Translations under genes and position numbers: made by a program
Shown here: in pieces, positions 14,301 through 28,683 of the stretch
How the letters are laid out: each line of letters begins with the position of its first letter
Numbering within the stretch: the first letter of the stretch is position 1
Source: Daphnia carinata
Taxonomy: Eukaryota
Direction of reading: 5' to 3'
DNA: 64,000 bases
Assembly: GCF_022539665.2 (NCBI RefSeq)
Contig: NC_081333.1
Location: forward strand, 2,418,001-2,482,000
Notes under the pieces: model-generated
Seen by the model: only the letters and a program-made list of their open reading frames with translations
Databases searched by the model: none
Told to the model about the DNA's origin: nothing

Positions 14301-17300
14301 TAAACTGATACTGGAGAATGTCGTCGATATTTCTGCAACAAGGAGACTAGGGGTGGTGTGGAGGGTAGTCAGAACTAACGCTCCAGGAGCCAGATCCCTG
14401 ACGTAGGCGGATGGAACCCTTCAAAGAATACAAAAAAATCAGGGATTTTTTTAGTGCGCGCGCAGATAGTTTCACGGGCGCACTACATTCTGCGCAACTT
14501 CTTCATATTCCTGGGGAAAAAAATGCCCTTTTAAAAATATTTTATTGGAAAAAAAAAATCAGCTTAGATGCCCGACGGTTAAATGACGTCACACCTCGTC
14601 CTTTAAGAAAACTGTTTTAACTCTTGTCTGGCCATTCGATTGAATCACGTTTCTGTGGATTATTGATGTTAGACCTCTAAAGGTCGTGTTCTGTACAGCT
14701 TTTTATGTTGGGTTAACATTTTTGTTTTCTTTTACGAGACAGGCCATTTTTGAAATGCCCGCCCTTGCAAAACACTTTCCTTTTTTGGTTTATGAAAAGA
14801 TGATTTGTATACTATAAGAGCAATCTGTCATTCCTATTTGAAAAAATAATCATTTTTATTTTTTTGGCTTGAAAATAATATGCAGCAGCAGCTTGAAATA
14901 TGCATATGAGGTCTATTGTACCACATATACAGGCTCGCAGAATTCTCTCACTTATGAATTCTTTCACAAGCTTCTGTTCCACATCCACATGTACGCAGAA
15001 CATTTTAACGTATACCCTCGGATACAATGGGAGGCCTGCACTCTGCCATCTTGAATAGTAATGGATGCCGACGCTTTATCGCATCATTTCAAAGAGGTAA
15101 ACATTGACCAGTAGATTTTAAAGCTCAAAAATAGAATAAAATCAAAGATCCAAAACATCTGCTTGTTTTTCTTTTTTAAAGGAAAAGGCGATTGCAGGAT
15201 TTTTAAAATGGTGAGCGATATAGGGGTTGCAGCAATTGCTTGTACAGTGTCATTGACATGTCGAGTGCGTGACATTTGACTGCCGTGCATAAATAAACAA
15301 CCAAAGGTGACATGGTTCACGTACGCAAGGAACTGTGGACGAATTAATAATGGATAGCAATCTCACGGGATGAAAGTCCGATTTTTTTGTTGTTGTTGTT
15401 GCACGCTGTGATAGTAGAAAAAGTTTTTACAAATTAATGGCGCGGCAAATATGAAATATGTATAGAACGTAAAGAAGCAAGAATTAAAAGAAAAAGAATG
15501 TTTTGTTTTTTTTTTAGTGTGGAAGAGCAGAAATGTGTGACAACAAGAGTGTAGATGGATTTCATTTGAAAACCCTCGAAAAAAAAAAAGGTCGGGCTTC
15601 ATGAGTCGTTTTTTTCAAAGAATTCGGGATTTTTCTTTTGCCGTGTGGGGGGTAGATTGTCAAGAGTCATGCCATCCGTAAACATTACGTATCACTAATT
15701 GGACAGAAACAAATCACTGGAATCGAAAAAAGAAAAATGGGGATTTTTTCTTTCTGCGTGTTTTTACCTGGAAGTGTAGTGCGACTGTTTGATCTCCCAG
15801 GACGCGGAAGACAAAATGGAAAAGGCAAAAGAAGAACGAAGGCAAGAATAACGTCACTGTCATTTAAGAAAAAGAAAAAGCTCTTCTTCCTTTAAAAGGA
15901 AAAAGACGAAGTGATGGATCGTTTCAATGGCGGGAAATGGAAGGAGTTTGAGCGTTTGATCCTCCTAATCTACGACATCCGGACTGTCTGTTCACATTCT
16001 CCTTCTTTTTTCCTCTCGTCCAGCAGCATCCGTCCAGTCTATATCGTTCGACCCCACTAAAAAAAAGAAAAAAACTGTTGGCCATAGCAAGAGGGTTCCG
16101 CATTCCGGCTGTAGACAGATTCTTATTGCATTTCAGCGGCGAGGATATATAGATATCAACTGAGAAAGAGTGCCCTGGAGCAGCACAATATTTCATACAG
16201 AGTTTTATACAGAATATGAAGCTATACATATCAAAATTTTCCCTTTTTCTTTTTGCCTTTCCGTTTTTTTCTTTTTTTCTTGTTCTCTGCTTTAAATGTT
16301 AGAACTAAAGTGCATACACAGGGACATCGTAGCAAACTTTTTGGGTAAGAGTTCTCGTCATCCAGCAGCAGCAGCTCCTCCCACAGCGAAAGGATGACCG
16401 AGTGGTAAGAAGGAAATCGCCTCCCCGGCCTCTCTCTCTCTTGTCCTCACACTCTCAAAGCACTGCGGGCGTCTTATATGGTGGACACATCTTTTGTACG
16501 ATCCTGAAGAAGAAATGTTTTGGAACACGTCCAAAAATAAAAAGGGAGAAATACTTTTGTGCTGTTTTGTCACTCTTCGCGTCGACAACAATCAATTCGT
16601 GCAGTTCAACACGCAAATCGTCGTGTCGATTCTTTTATTCATTAAAGGAAATTGTCTAATTTGCATTGAAAAATAGTTTTATTGTATATTAGGTTGAAAA
16701 ACATTTTACATTGTTTTCTTTATAGATTGGGGTGCTTCAACATCTTGTTCGCCCTACCTAAAAAAAAAGGGCGAGGCAGGATTTCAATAGGCGTACAAGA
16801 GAATAGAGCTACTAGATGCATCGCTAATGAGAAGTTACCTAACCCTATCTTTTTTAAAGCTCTGTACGTGTATAGCTAACGGTGGTAAAGCAACATAATA
16901 GCACGCACCCTTTCGAATAGGGATACTGTTCGTGGGTGTTTGTGTATTTTTTTTTTTAAAGCGAACAGGGAAACGTCATTATGTGTGTTTTAAAATGTGA
17001 TGCATATTGTATACGCGAGCCATTAAATTTTGCTTTATTTCACTAGAACGTATAAGGGGGAACACTGAAAAAGGAGCCATTGTAACTCTTTTAATTGGCC
17101 AAGGAATTTTGAAATAAACCACTCACATAACGTTGAGCACAAACAAGAATTTGTTGTATACAGTTTTATGATTCCTTGATGCTACACGTTGAAAAAACAC
17201 GTTAAGTTGCTGGTGATTGATTTTCAAAAGAAATTTGACTACAAACAAACGTAACATCATCATTAGAAATTATAATTTACTTATGTCAAATCTAAAACGA

Positions 17301-20300
17301 AAGGATTCAAACTTGATTACTAGCGTTCCATCAAAAGCGTCGGACATTTGCCCACACCATTATAGAACCAGCATATAGAACATTTCCCTTTTTCATAATA
17401 TTAATATTAAAACAGCTTATTAGATCATCAGAGTCTGCGACATGAGCAAGTAATATTTCATTTGAAAAGCCCAAAAAAAGAGCAACGTATCACACTTTGC
17501 CTCTTCTCGCCCAGATTGGCCTCTAATGTCAACAACCGTTGGGGCTGCCGGACAGACCGTCCACATATACCCCCGACTGGTGATGAGCCGGCCAATATAG
17601 GCCCTTGATGGAAGACCTAGCAGCTAAACATCCACAGTCCGGCAACATCCGCAGGCTTGCCGGAGTGAAAGTGTATAGCAAACCTAAAGCTGTACTGCCT
17701 GCGATCAATATATAGCGCTCTCGTTTCGTGTGTGTGTCTTACGTCCCCGCCCTCCTTTCTTTTTTGTGTGTATGTGTACTTTCACAGTTCCCAGCAAGTT
17801 CGCACTCTTGTAGTAGAGAAACGACGGCCAAGCGTCTTATTCTTACATGTTAGAGACAAGTCGGCTACCAACTATTACATGTAAGCTGCACGTTTTCCCA
17901 CGCTGTTTTATAGAACCCACCCCCAGCCCAAGCTAATGAATTTGGACCGAACAGCTGGAACCTACGTCGATATCCTTCCGACCTACACACACACAGAAGA
18001 ACAAGGATGTTGCAGTGCGAAAGAGAGAGAGAGAGAAAAAAAAAGGGCGGAGAAATGGCTTTTTGACTGATTAAATGGTCGAACAGACTTGACTTGTTCA
18101 ACCCCATCAGACTTGCTCACGCTTACTCACGATAATACTGGCCAGCACTGGCATTACGTATGGAATTCTTTTGATAATAAATATTGATTATATTACATAC
18201 TAATGTTTTTCTTCGTCTTCTATTCCTGCTGCGGTTGTCAATGTTTCACACCGGCACCCGCATGTATAATTTGCGGCTAACACGCAAAGAATTGGCCACA
18301 CACACACACACACCATTCAACGGTCTATTTGTGGATCTACACACAGGAACGTAGTTCCCGCAGGGATTTTATGCTGACTTGTATTTTAAAAACCACATCG
18401 ATTTATTTGTATATAGACGGGAAAAAGACAGCAAACTGTGCGTGAAAAACATTGCGCCATAGAACGAGTCTTATATGGAAATTTAAAGAACAAAAGGATT
18501 TTTAAATAGCGAAAATGACGTTTCTCTACGTAAGAAAGAGACAGGTTTGTCATGTAACGATATCGATGTGGTGGAACAATAAAGAGATGACAAAGCCGAT
18601 AGAGAAACTGTGCGGAGTGGTTTTCAACTCATGTGATTAATGACTTTGTTTGTTTCTTGTGAAATATACCCTAAGGTAATGATGAATTCCTTAGGCAGAT
18701 CATTAGCGTTGTTTACACATTATTCTTTTTCGCTGCAAGCAATGACAAGGAAAACAAAAAGGAAAAGCAGACGAATTTAGCTGTTAGGTAACAGTGGCCC
18801 TTAGAGGCGTACAGGAATGAAGTAGTCGTTTGCCAACCGAAATGTGAGGATCGTTTAACCCACGACTGTGTAAACTAGTGAGACTTACACGGTACGTAAC
18901 ATGTAGACAGTGTGTAGTAAAGGGCATGTATGCAAATGAGCTCAAGAAAGTTGGGCAAGTAAACAAACAGCCGCCCACCGCCGACAGGCAAATCCTTAAC
19001 TAATTAAATTTAGCAAATGCCGTCGGCCTTTTCTTGTGATCATCGTGAACAAAAACGGAGCAAATGGGAACAACGTGACAATCCTATTTCTACAAGTGCA
19101 TCCCATTTCTTTCGTTCTATTGGCAATTTGTGGTAACAATGAGGACACACCAATCACATGTAAGTTTTGCTTTTATTTTGGCCATTTATAAGCAAACAGT
19201 CGATCGTTTTATGAGGTGCCCTTCGGTGAGAACGAAAACGTGTTAGCAATTAAGCCCATCTACGTCAAATGCAAGGGTTAATGTAGCATTAAAGGAATCT
19301 TGGCGAGGCAAGTGAACGTCAAAGCAACGCAGGAATTTCTCGCCATTTATAATGAAAATTCTTAATTTAACATATAAAGGCAGAGCTTTTATACACGGCA
19401 TCAGTAATTACTATATTCCTCTCGTGCTGTGTATAATTGTTCCCATTTTCGCTAATTTCATTACGTTTAAAGTTTTAATCATTTTCGGCCGTGCAAGCCG
19501 CGCGTCCAAATGACAAATCAACGTCGTGATTTCACGGCACTGGGTTTTAATTTAATAATAAATAAAAATGCTTTGCACCATTAGATAGATGGGGGGAAAT
19601 AAAGGGGTTCTAACTAAATTTATGGAAAGTGCCCTAAATCACATAGGCAAAAGAAAATCACGAGTGGGTATCGAATGGAAGGCCGTGATCGTTTCACGCT
19701 CCGTTTCGATTGCCACGGTTTCCGATTCTGTACTCGTTGAAAAACGAGAGAAAACCGCACTTTGAATACATCACCATATAAGACGGTGATGTGTGTCTTT
19801 GTTGTTGTAATGCACACAAATTCTCGTTTCCATTCGTAGCATTGTTACGACATTAGATACTGGCACACGTATACGAACGAAATCGCATTCCAACGCACTC
19901 ACGGCCTTCCCCTGCGAAACAAACTGAAGACATAAAAATAGGGTAGTGTTATATGGATATACTGTATCTTAACTTGAACCAGTAAAAAAAGGGGGATTTT
20001 TGTTTTTTGTTTAGTATAAGACGAGTTTGTATGGCATCTGATCGAGAATCTATCTCTTCAGATTGAAAAGAGATGGCCATCTGAATGGCTCACGATTTCC
20101 GGACGCCGCAAGGGCTCTAGTTCGTATACAAGTGCCCAATATACAGAGGAACATGAAAAAAAAGGCTATTTAGCTTTCTATTTTTTTTTTTCCTTTAAAA
20201 AAAACGAGCGTGTTATATAGCCGTGTGTATATTGTATATACCGAAAGCCGTCTGCTGTTGGTTATGTTTGAAAACGACAAGACAATGGGAAATAACACAG

Positions 20301-23300
20301 TTGCAGGCTATACAAAATGAGATGAGGCAATCCTTGATGTATTTTGGCGTGTACAAGAAGGAAGAAAAAAACAATCGGCTTAAAAGAGTTTAGCACATCC
20401 GCATGCATAATAAAAGGGTGGGGCGTCATCGCGGCAACGTCGCCCTTATTCATTTGCCTTTTTTTTAGTTTCTTCAATCAGTCCATCTTTTTTTTTTTTT
20501 TTTTTTTTACTATATCGTACCCGTTGCTGCAAGACACAAAAAAGGGAAGGGCATTACGACAGAAAAAAAAATCAGACACTGATATAACACGACGTGGTGT
20601 TGAGACAGTGCCAGATCTAAATCAATATGCAGAAACGGGAGGCGGGGACACATAAAAAAGAGGGCGAAAAAAATATGTCGCAAAACTTCAGAAAGATGGA
20701 AATGCGATACAAAAGGAAAGTGTAGAGTGGGCAACGGGGAAGAGAACAAAACTCGGGAATAATCGATATCGACATCCACCCTCGGGTTGTTCCCTTTGAA
20801 ACTAGCATGCTCGTATGCATGTATATTAAACTGCCTCCATTGAGTTAAAAGGGGGGAAACAAAATTCACCGTAAAGAACAAACGATGTTCACTTTGCATT
20901 TTTCTGCATCATCAAGATTTTTCCTTGGTTATACCAAAAGAAAAATGGGGTAAATGGCGGAAGTTGGATTCGGATGAAGCCATTTTTCTTACAGAAGAGG
21001 GACATTTGATTGACTGTACCAATGTTACGCTTAATCAAATAGGTAACGAGCTGAATTGCGTTCGAAACATACAGTAAAACGGTTCGACAATTCCCGAAAT
21101 CAACGACGTTATTTGATTTGAAACGGCAATAAAATAACCGAGTGATTTATGCAGCAGGAGCTGACAGTTGAATAAACTGCGTAAGACGTCCTTTCAGTAT
21201 CAGCTCCGCAAATCAATAGACGAGAAAGAGAGAGAGAGAGACATGTCCAAATACATAAATAAGAGAAGGACATTTTCAAATTCAATTTGTCATCGTCACG
21301 CTCGACTAAGCCGACAAATGCAGACCACAAGTTTCTTCGTCAACATCCGCACATTTACAAGACAAATTCAGAAATCTTCGCAATCCTGATTCCCCTTCTC
21401 GTCTTTTATCGGATTTCTTTTTCTTTCTGACCGTCACATCATATCCGCTCCTATCACATACAATCTCCGGTCTTCCTTTCTCGTTTAGGTAATCCATGAG
21501 ATCGTATATATATATATTTTTTTTGTACCCCATCTAACATGGTCAGTAGCCAAAAAAATAGGCCCAGCCATATTGAATTCGTCGATTGGCTGGTATACAG
21601 CATATATATGGCTCAATTCGTGTATAGTCCAGGGCGTTCACGGGGAAACTAACGCGGCCAAATCGAGCGGAGACAAACCATCCAACGTAATTTTGCTCAA
21701 AGAAAACGTAGCTATGGGCTATATGATAAAGTATGTGCAACATACGGAGACCATAAGCAACTGCTGTTTCTTCTTCTTGTCGATGGCTGCAAAGAAGGGC
21801 CATCTTCAACTTTCTGCGTGGCCATCGTTATTTTATTTATTTTTTATCGACGGTGATAAACGCTATATAGAGTTATCTAGTGTAGCCCACGCCAGACGGC
21901 GTGCGCTAAAGAAAAAGTTTATTGTTGGAAACGGGCAGGTCGATCATCGAGTTGACGTTGCCAGGATGTATAAGATGAAATGTTTATAAGGCAGCACCGA
22001 CTGAAGCTTTATAGCGTCGGTGCTCGTGTAGGCGGGGTAGAAATAATGTTGATGACGATGTTTGCTTATATTTCTTTTGTTTAAGTCTATACACAACATT
22101 GGCGCAATTTTCTATAAAGTCTAACCTCTTGGGTAGCGAAACAGAGGCGGAATCCAAGACCGCATGAGCCATGATTAAGTCCTGTGTCGTAATAACCTCT
22201 GTAGAATCTCTCAGGAATCGTAAATAAAAAAAAGAAGAGAGAGGGAAAGAAAACTAATCTAATTCTTTCCGTTCCTCTTTGTCGTCTACTTCGTCTTCCT
22301 TCGCTATACGCTAAAGCCGCTCGTTGAAACCGATAAACAAGTTCACCGGTTTTGCTATTATGTCTGTCGATGGTATATCGCAATCGAATAATTTTTTTAG
22401 AGCTATTTTGCGTTATTATGTTTTATACTAAAGACGTCAACCGTCATTGATGTCTGTAGTATAGAACATCCAAGAAAGCGGATGTGATTCACGTTCCAGG
22501 TATGCGGGGGAGTTTTGGTGATCCGCCCACCTTTTTTTTAAAATCAGATCGATTGTATACGATGACGCCAATGGTAAAATGTAAGCTGATCGATAGCTCC
22601 CGGCAGATTTGACGCCTTTTTTTCGGTTCGTTTTCGCTTGAATTGATAAACCAATCGCGTATACCTGTTAGAGTGTTCGTGAAAGGGCATCAACTCTTTT
22701 CTCTTATTTTACTTGTTCACGCACATAATCAATCGAGTGGGAAGTTTAATGAAAATTCTATCCGAGATTCAAACATTTTTCAACCAACGTGAGCAAGTTA
22801 CAGTCAACAACGCGGACGGATGTGACAGAGTCAGACGCATTGCGTGTGCGACTGAGGATGAAAAAATAGGACCGTGAAGGAAATGGGTATAATGTACACG
22901 AACGTAACTACAAATAGTAACTGAAGCCCATCCACTGAATCTGTAAGATTAAAAAAAACCAGTTATACTTTTTTGCACATGTATTTAGTGCCCGTGGATG
23001 ATACAACACGTAAGTGAATCACATTTAAGGAGCTTTCGTGACACGACGTTGAAAGGATCTTGAAAAAAAAGCACGTACCAGACGTGAGCGAGAAGTTTTT
23101 TGCTAAAACTTATTCTAAAGCCATTCAGTCCAATCTTTGAAGAGAGACAGTCGCTATGCTTCTTGCAGTGCATGGCATCGTACGGCTTTCTTTTTTTCTG
23201 GTCAAGATTGGGTGTATGCTTACGTATGGGTTTGTTTACGATATGGCACGCGTAAGGTTATATTGTTTGCTGATTTACTTCGTGACAGGCAGGGCTGCGT

Positions 23301-25004
23301 GTATAAACAGAGATCTAACACTTGCATAATAGTCGGAAGGTTGTTGACGTGATTGTGTCGTGATTGCACGAAATGTCATACAAACTTGGCACGCATTCAG
23401 CCATCAGATGTGTGTGATTTTCGTTTTAGAAAAAGAAGATTTAATGCGTTTCTAAGATTGAAATTTTGAAAACATGACGATAAGTTTTAATATTTAGCAT
23501 TTTTTAGAAAGATATGTTAAATCATGCGATTCGTTTGTCCAAAACAAAATTTAGTACGAGGAAAATGAATAACAACATTAGGATTTCTACGAAAGCTTGT
23601 GACGTTGTTTAATCAACGACGGAGGTTTAGACAACAAACATTGAGTATGACAACTGTCCTATTGTTTCACGCTTTCTCATAAGGGATGTTGCTTCTAGTA
23701 CTTATGTTATCGGGCGATATTCACGCAAGTTGACTATACGACATTGCAAGCTGTGACTGCTTTGGGCTGTCCGTCTCCTAGTGAGCAGTAAACCGCGTCT
23801 ACCCGCACATGAAGACCGTTTGCTAAAAGCATGCTTGCCGCAGATAGCAAACGACATTCTTGAAAATGGAAGTAGTGTTCGGTGATTGTGTTTGTGTAAT
23901 CTAAACGGAAAAATTTTCGCGAAAGAAAAGTGGCTCGTTTATAATTGATATGGAGCATTCGACAGGCTACGTGAACGTTGCTAGAGCCCGATATTGCTCA
24001 AAGAAGATTTGTCGACCAACAACGGCCAAAGGCGCCAACGTGACATTGGCAAGTACTTTGGTCTTCAGAATTTGTTATCTTTGTTGTGTTCACGGCAGAG
24101 CTTTGAGTATCCATCCGCGAGGATTCAACAGTTTACGGGCAAATTGGCATTGCCGAAGATCGTCAAATGTTACATTATTTCAGCGTGCGAAATTGTAGTA
24201 ACGGGCGATGTTGTTGTGTCATATGTTTTAATTAGATGGACTATTCATGCTTGACTAACATAGCTCAAGTTTGCGATTGCCTCTTGGTTTCTTCAATAGG
24301 CTTTCTTGTTCGCTTGTTGTATTTGTGCAAGTGATTACGTTTAAGCTTTACTTTTTGGCGTCATTTGGTAATACCTTTTTGAAACATCAACAAAGCAAAC
24401 TACAACATTTCGCAATAAAGATAACTAAATGTGTTAATTGAAACTTATTTCTTAATTTTGCAAGTGTTTTAGTCGGTAGATGGCGTTTAATATTTATTCG
24501 TAACACTATAAAATTTTGCTCACTAGATGGCTTTAGTGATTCAGGCGAGCAATTAAATTTGGCAATGTTGCAGTCGACCATTTGATGACTTACCAGTTAC
24601 AAACATGATTTGCGAACTTAACACAACAAGCGTTTCTTTTAGTGAAAATAAATATTCTGGAACTCTCCTTGATTTTCTGCGTGATGGGGATTTTTTTACA
24701 TCTCGTGTTATCTGGACATCAAAAATCTTTTTGCGAATTAGTCGGATTAAGTAGGAATGCCTCAAATTTCTACTCCTTCTGCAAATTCATGCGGTTCGAA
24801 ATATTTTACTTCCAATAGCTATTTACTACGTCAATAGAAATATTCTTCTACTCAGTGTTTGTGATTTTGATTTCCAGATATAGCAATAATGGAGGCATGT
24901 TTTTGTTCCCTGTTGGTGGAGGGTTAAGCCTGGGCTACATCTCGTATTGTTACACATCTAAAATGCTTAGGGAAAAGTGTTCAGTTTAGTTAAATACATT
25001 TATG

Positions 25005-25500
25005 TGCTTTTTTCCCAAAATCCGAAAAAATGCAATCTCTTAGAAGCGACTGAAACTCAATAGCATTAGTTTTCTGCGCAAATGTGTAGTTTTTGAATAA
25101 AATGCAATCAGTCATTTTTGTTTGTTTTTCGTTGCCAGCGCCATCTGTTAGCAGAAATATTATTCAAATATTACAAATTCGATGCAACTCGCCTACAATA
25201 AGCAAAAGTGAACTTTTATTACGCACATAACATTATTTTACACCTAATTAATGTCTAGATCTTAGTATAATTGATCTTTCCAGTATCAAACCGATTTTAA
25301 CTATATTTTTGCTAACAGATAGCGCTGGCGACAAAAAACAAACAAAAATCACTTAAATTGCGATTTATTCAGAAACTGCACAACTTAGGGGAAAACTAAT
25401 GCTATATTCGGAATCAGCGTTTAATTCTAATTATTTCTGGTGAGCTTTATCCAATTCTTTGAGATTTCCTTCTTTGCAAATTTCGACAAAAGTGAGAAGG
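25005..25500. mobile_element. MITE-like palindromic unit, copy 1 (long imperfect inverted arms, ~150-bp core)
   Basis: Left arm tagcattagttttc..gccagcgccatctgttagcagaaatat is the imperfect reverse complement of right arm atatttttgctaacagatagcgctggc..gaaaactaatgcta. Near-identical direct copy follows immediately. Left boundary approximate. Confidence 0.65.
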
Positions 25501-26036
25501 CCTTCCCATTTTTCTCGAAATCCGAAAAAAATAAAATCTCTTAGAATCGCTTGAAACTCACATTGAATAGTCAAAATTGAACGCTGGTTCCAAATATAGC
25601 ATTAGTGTTCTGCGTAAATGTGTAGTTTTTGAATTAAATGCAATCAAAGTCGTTTTTGTTTGTTTTTCGTTGCCAGAGCCATCTGTTAGCAGAAATATTA
25701 TTCAAATATTACAAATTCGATGCAACTCGCCTAAATAAGCAAAAGTGAACTTTTATTACGCACATAACATTGTTTTACACCTAATTAATGTCTAGATCCT
25801 AGTATGATTGATCTTTCCAGTATCAAACCGATTTTAACTATATTTTTGCTAACAGATAGCGCTGGCTACAAAAAACAAACAAAAATCACTTAAATTGCGA
25901 TTTATTCAGAAACTGCACAACTTAGGGGAAAACTAATGCTATATTCGGAATCAGCGTTTAATTCTGATTATTTCTGGTGAGTTTTATCTAATTTTTTGAG
26001 ATTTCCTTCTTTGCAAATTTCGACAAAAGTGAGAAG
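25501..26036. mobile_element. MITE-like palindromic unit, copy 2 (tandem with copy 1)
   Basis: Direct repeat of 25005-25500, with an extra ~35 bp in the left arm. The junction between copies is palindromic (gagaagg|ccttccc). No coding capacity. Confidence 0.65.
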
Positions 26037-26240
26037 TATGGCAATCCGTTCTACACAAAAAAAAAAAAAATTTCGCCAAAAAAAAAAAATCTCACTTTTT
26101 TCTTTTTTTCCGACACGTAGCCATCTACCGCTCATACTCGTTATTACTGGCGTAGGCAATTTCAGTCCATTGGATGCCATTCTCAGTTAGTTCAGTAACG
26201 TGGATGGAGAATAACGCGTGGCTGGAGGAACAATTGAAAA

Positions 26241-27443
26241 ATGGATAAGATAATACAACAAAAGGATGGTAAGTATAAACATTATTATATTGGTTTTCAA
26301 TTATTAATTATTGTTTATTAGATCAAATTATGAAGCTGCAGGTCCAATTATTGGAACAACACAAAATATTAGATAACAGCAAAGCTAAGGATGGTAAGGC
26401 CTAATACGTAATGATTCTATTTATTTGCTTTTATTCATTTGTGTTTTGTAGCTCAAATTTTGAGTCTACAAGCTCAGCTAGGGGAAAAGAACAAATTGGA
26501 ACGGAAAAGTTTCCAAACAGTGAAGGAGGTTTTTCCAAACTCATCCCTAACTGAACATGGGGATGAATCGGCATTAGGCGAACACAGTCAGGTACCTAAA
26601 CTTTTCAAATAAGAATTCAAAATAAGTATAGAATTTTAACAAACAATTATTTATTGTTTAGTTATTCAGTCTCCCACCTGACAGTGTGTTAAAGTTAAAT
26701 TCTGTTAGTGCTGCACTAAAAGAATTCTTAGTAATAAGTCCATGCAGCGAAGGAAGTGAACAATTGTGGGACGTATTTGGGCTGAAAATGGGTGTGGTAC
26801 GGAAACCCAGAAATAGCACCAGTTCAACATAAAACATGAATTAGTTACTTTTCGGTTTTTTGTCTATCGAAAAAGTATTTTAATGCTATTATTTTGCATT
26901 CACAGAATTTTAGTGGGGGATCAAGTCAAGTCTGGAAGTGTTACAGGATGGAAGAGTGAGCCTACAGTTGAAAAACACTGAAAGTGCATTACCATTAAGG
27001 TATGAGGTAAAGTAATAGAGTATGCAAATTGTCTAATGAGAAGTACCATCTTGTGTGAATGAATCCTGTGTAACAGCAATCTTTTATAGTTCTGTCACAG
27101 CTAGAAGCCTCAAATAATTCTGCTTCTCTTGCTAAAGAACAACTTGTCCTTTACGTTCAGAGTGTTGGTGAAGCTGGGTACTTAAATGGCCCTAAAGATG
27201 TTTCATTTCGTTGGCATTGCAGCGATGAACATCATACATGGACTTTTTAGGTATGAAAGGAATTTTCTTGAAAAATTTTTGAATTTCTGACAAAGCATTT
27301 CTCCTGCCTTTTGCCAACCATGTCTAATCTAAAAAAAAAATTTTATCCAATAGGAAAGGATTTTCAGCATACTGGGAACACAACTATCAACAATGCAACA
27401 TTCTAGGGGTGCTATTTTATCATTCAAGAGCCTTATACAATGA
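26241..27443 (+). pseudogene. Degenerate multi-exon gene of unknown function (coiled-coil-like N terminus), left arm of the palindrome
   Basis: GT-AG exons give MDKIIQQKD/DQIMKLQVQLLEQHKILDNSKAKD/AQILSLQAQLGEKNKLERKSFQ../LFSLPPDSVLKLNSVSAALKEFLVISPCSEG. Then a 1-nt deletion (gggacgtat vs gggactgtat in the other arm) and TAG where the other arm has TGG. 3' end approximate. Confidence 0.6.
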
Positions 27444-27698
27444 TTTTCATCTGCAATTTGTATGGCCTTTCCCAAGCTTCTGCCAGAAGTTGAATCTATA
27501 AGTCATGTAAGTCACATGAGCAACAATTGAGATGCTTAATGGTGTTTTTTTTCTTTTCTCAGCATAGGTTAAAAGTAACATTGGATCTGAAAAGATTCTT
27601 GGCTGGGGCAAGACACTGAATAAATTGTAATGATTGAATGGATGACATGACGTTTCTATACTTAATTTGGATTCCCGAGACGGTATTTTATGTTTAAA

Positions 27699-28116
27699 AA
27701 ATTGAAGTGCATATCTGGGCTCCCTTCCTTTCCGTAGCCCCGTTTCCCCTTGACTCGTAATAAGCCCGTAGGGGGTCATGCCCCTACTGTACGGTATATA
27801 TAAAAACAACATATACCGAGGTTTGGAGGGCTCTGGCCGGAAAGGGGACGTGGGGTGCCGCTTCGTCCGATGATGTGTTCATGGAGGGTGACGTGGCTGC
27901 CCACAAATCCGAACTAAAGGTTAATCGCTCCTGTAAAAATGTTCCAAATCTTCAGCTCTTCTTCCGGCTTCTCTTAGCCAATCACCGGGTAATCTCCCCG
28001 GTGGGTCAACAAGGCAGTGTCTCCCCCTGCCTGGGTTGACGGCAACTTTTGAAAGGGCTATTGTGCCTTTTTAAAGTTGCAAAAATAATTGTAATGTGCA
28101 GAGAATTGTCAATAAA
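27699..28116. other. GC-rich, hairpin-rich 418-bp core, left copy (candidate structured ncRNA or cis element)
   Basis: Base-by-base comparison gives 417/418 identity to the reverse complement of 28945-29362 (only difference 28045). Stems at 27768-27787, 27792-27818, 27983-28003, 28005-28040. Confidence 0.6.
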
Positions 28117-28295
28117 ATTTTTTTTATAAAATATTTTTTGCAAAATTTGTTTCTTTCATTGTCTGTGTTAGCTGTGTACACACATTACATTTAACAACTT
28201 CTTTTTTTTTTTGCTTTGCTTTATTTGTTTTTGCCACCTTTGCTAGTAAGCATTGTTTCCATTGGTTTATCGTTTATCTGTAAGCATTCAATTAT

Positions 28296-28357
28296 TATCC
28301 AGGGATCGAACCCTGGATGTTCGGCATACCGCGCCGATGCTATACCAATGAGCCATG
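28296..28357 (-). pseudogene. tRNA-derived sequence (Pol III A and B boxes), not a complete tRNA
   Basis: Minus strand tggctcattggtatagcatcggcgcggtatgccgaacatccagggttcgatccctgg: A box, anticodon-like stem tcggc/gccga with GGT, T-arm ccagg-gttcgatc-cctgg. No acceptor stem. Confidence 0.65.
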
Positions 28358-28446
28358 AATCATATGATGTCAGGTTAGCTTTTTTCTAGTCACTTGCGGA
28401 CTTGCATTTACACTTTGAATAAAATTGAAACGTAGATCTTTATACA

Positions 28447-28510
28447 TCTACTAAGGTTTGAACCCAGGGTAACAGTTACCGCAGCTGAATGCTCTACCAC
28501 AGAGCTATTA
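28447..28510 (-). pseudogene. tRNA-derived sequence (A and B boxes)
   Basis: Minus strand tagctctgtggtagagcattcagctgcggtaactgttaccctgggttcaaaccttag. Stems are degenerate. Confidence 0.55.
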
Positions 28511-28615
28511 ACCTTATGAAAACTATAAAAAGATAAATATATACTTGTGAAAGACTACATAAACATCCTAGACTATAACATATGATATGCGATAATAGAT
28601 ATAATATGGTAGATA

Positions 28616-28683
28616 TATCTCGTGGCTCAATGTTAGAGCATCGGCGTTGCACGCTGAATGTCTGGGGATCGATTCCCATACCA
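28616..28683 (+). pseudogene. tRNA-derived sequence (Ala-like, TGC loop), mirror homologue of 28296-28357
   Basis: tggctcaatgttagagcatcggcgttgcacgctgaatgtctggggatcgattcccatacca: A box, stem tcggc/gctga, B-box-like ggatcgattcc. Acceptor stem does not pair. Confidence 0.6.

Noticed and set aside
281..24765. Dozens of 60-190 aa ORFs in the ORF track
   Set aside because: Dominated by poly-A/T and dinucleotide-derived K/F/CV runs with no domains. Only the LDLa-CUB exons are supported.
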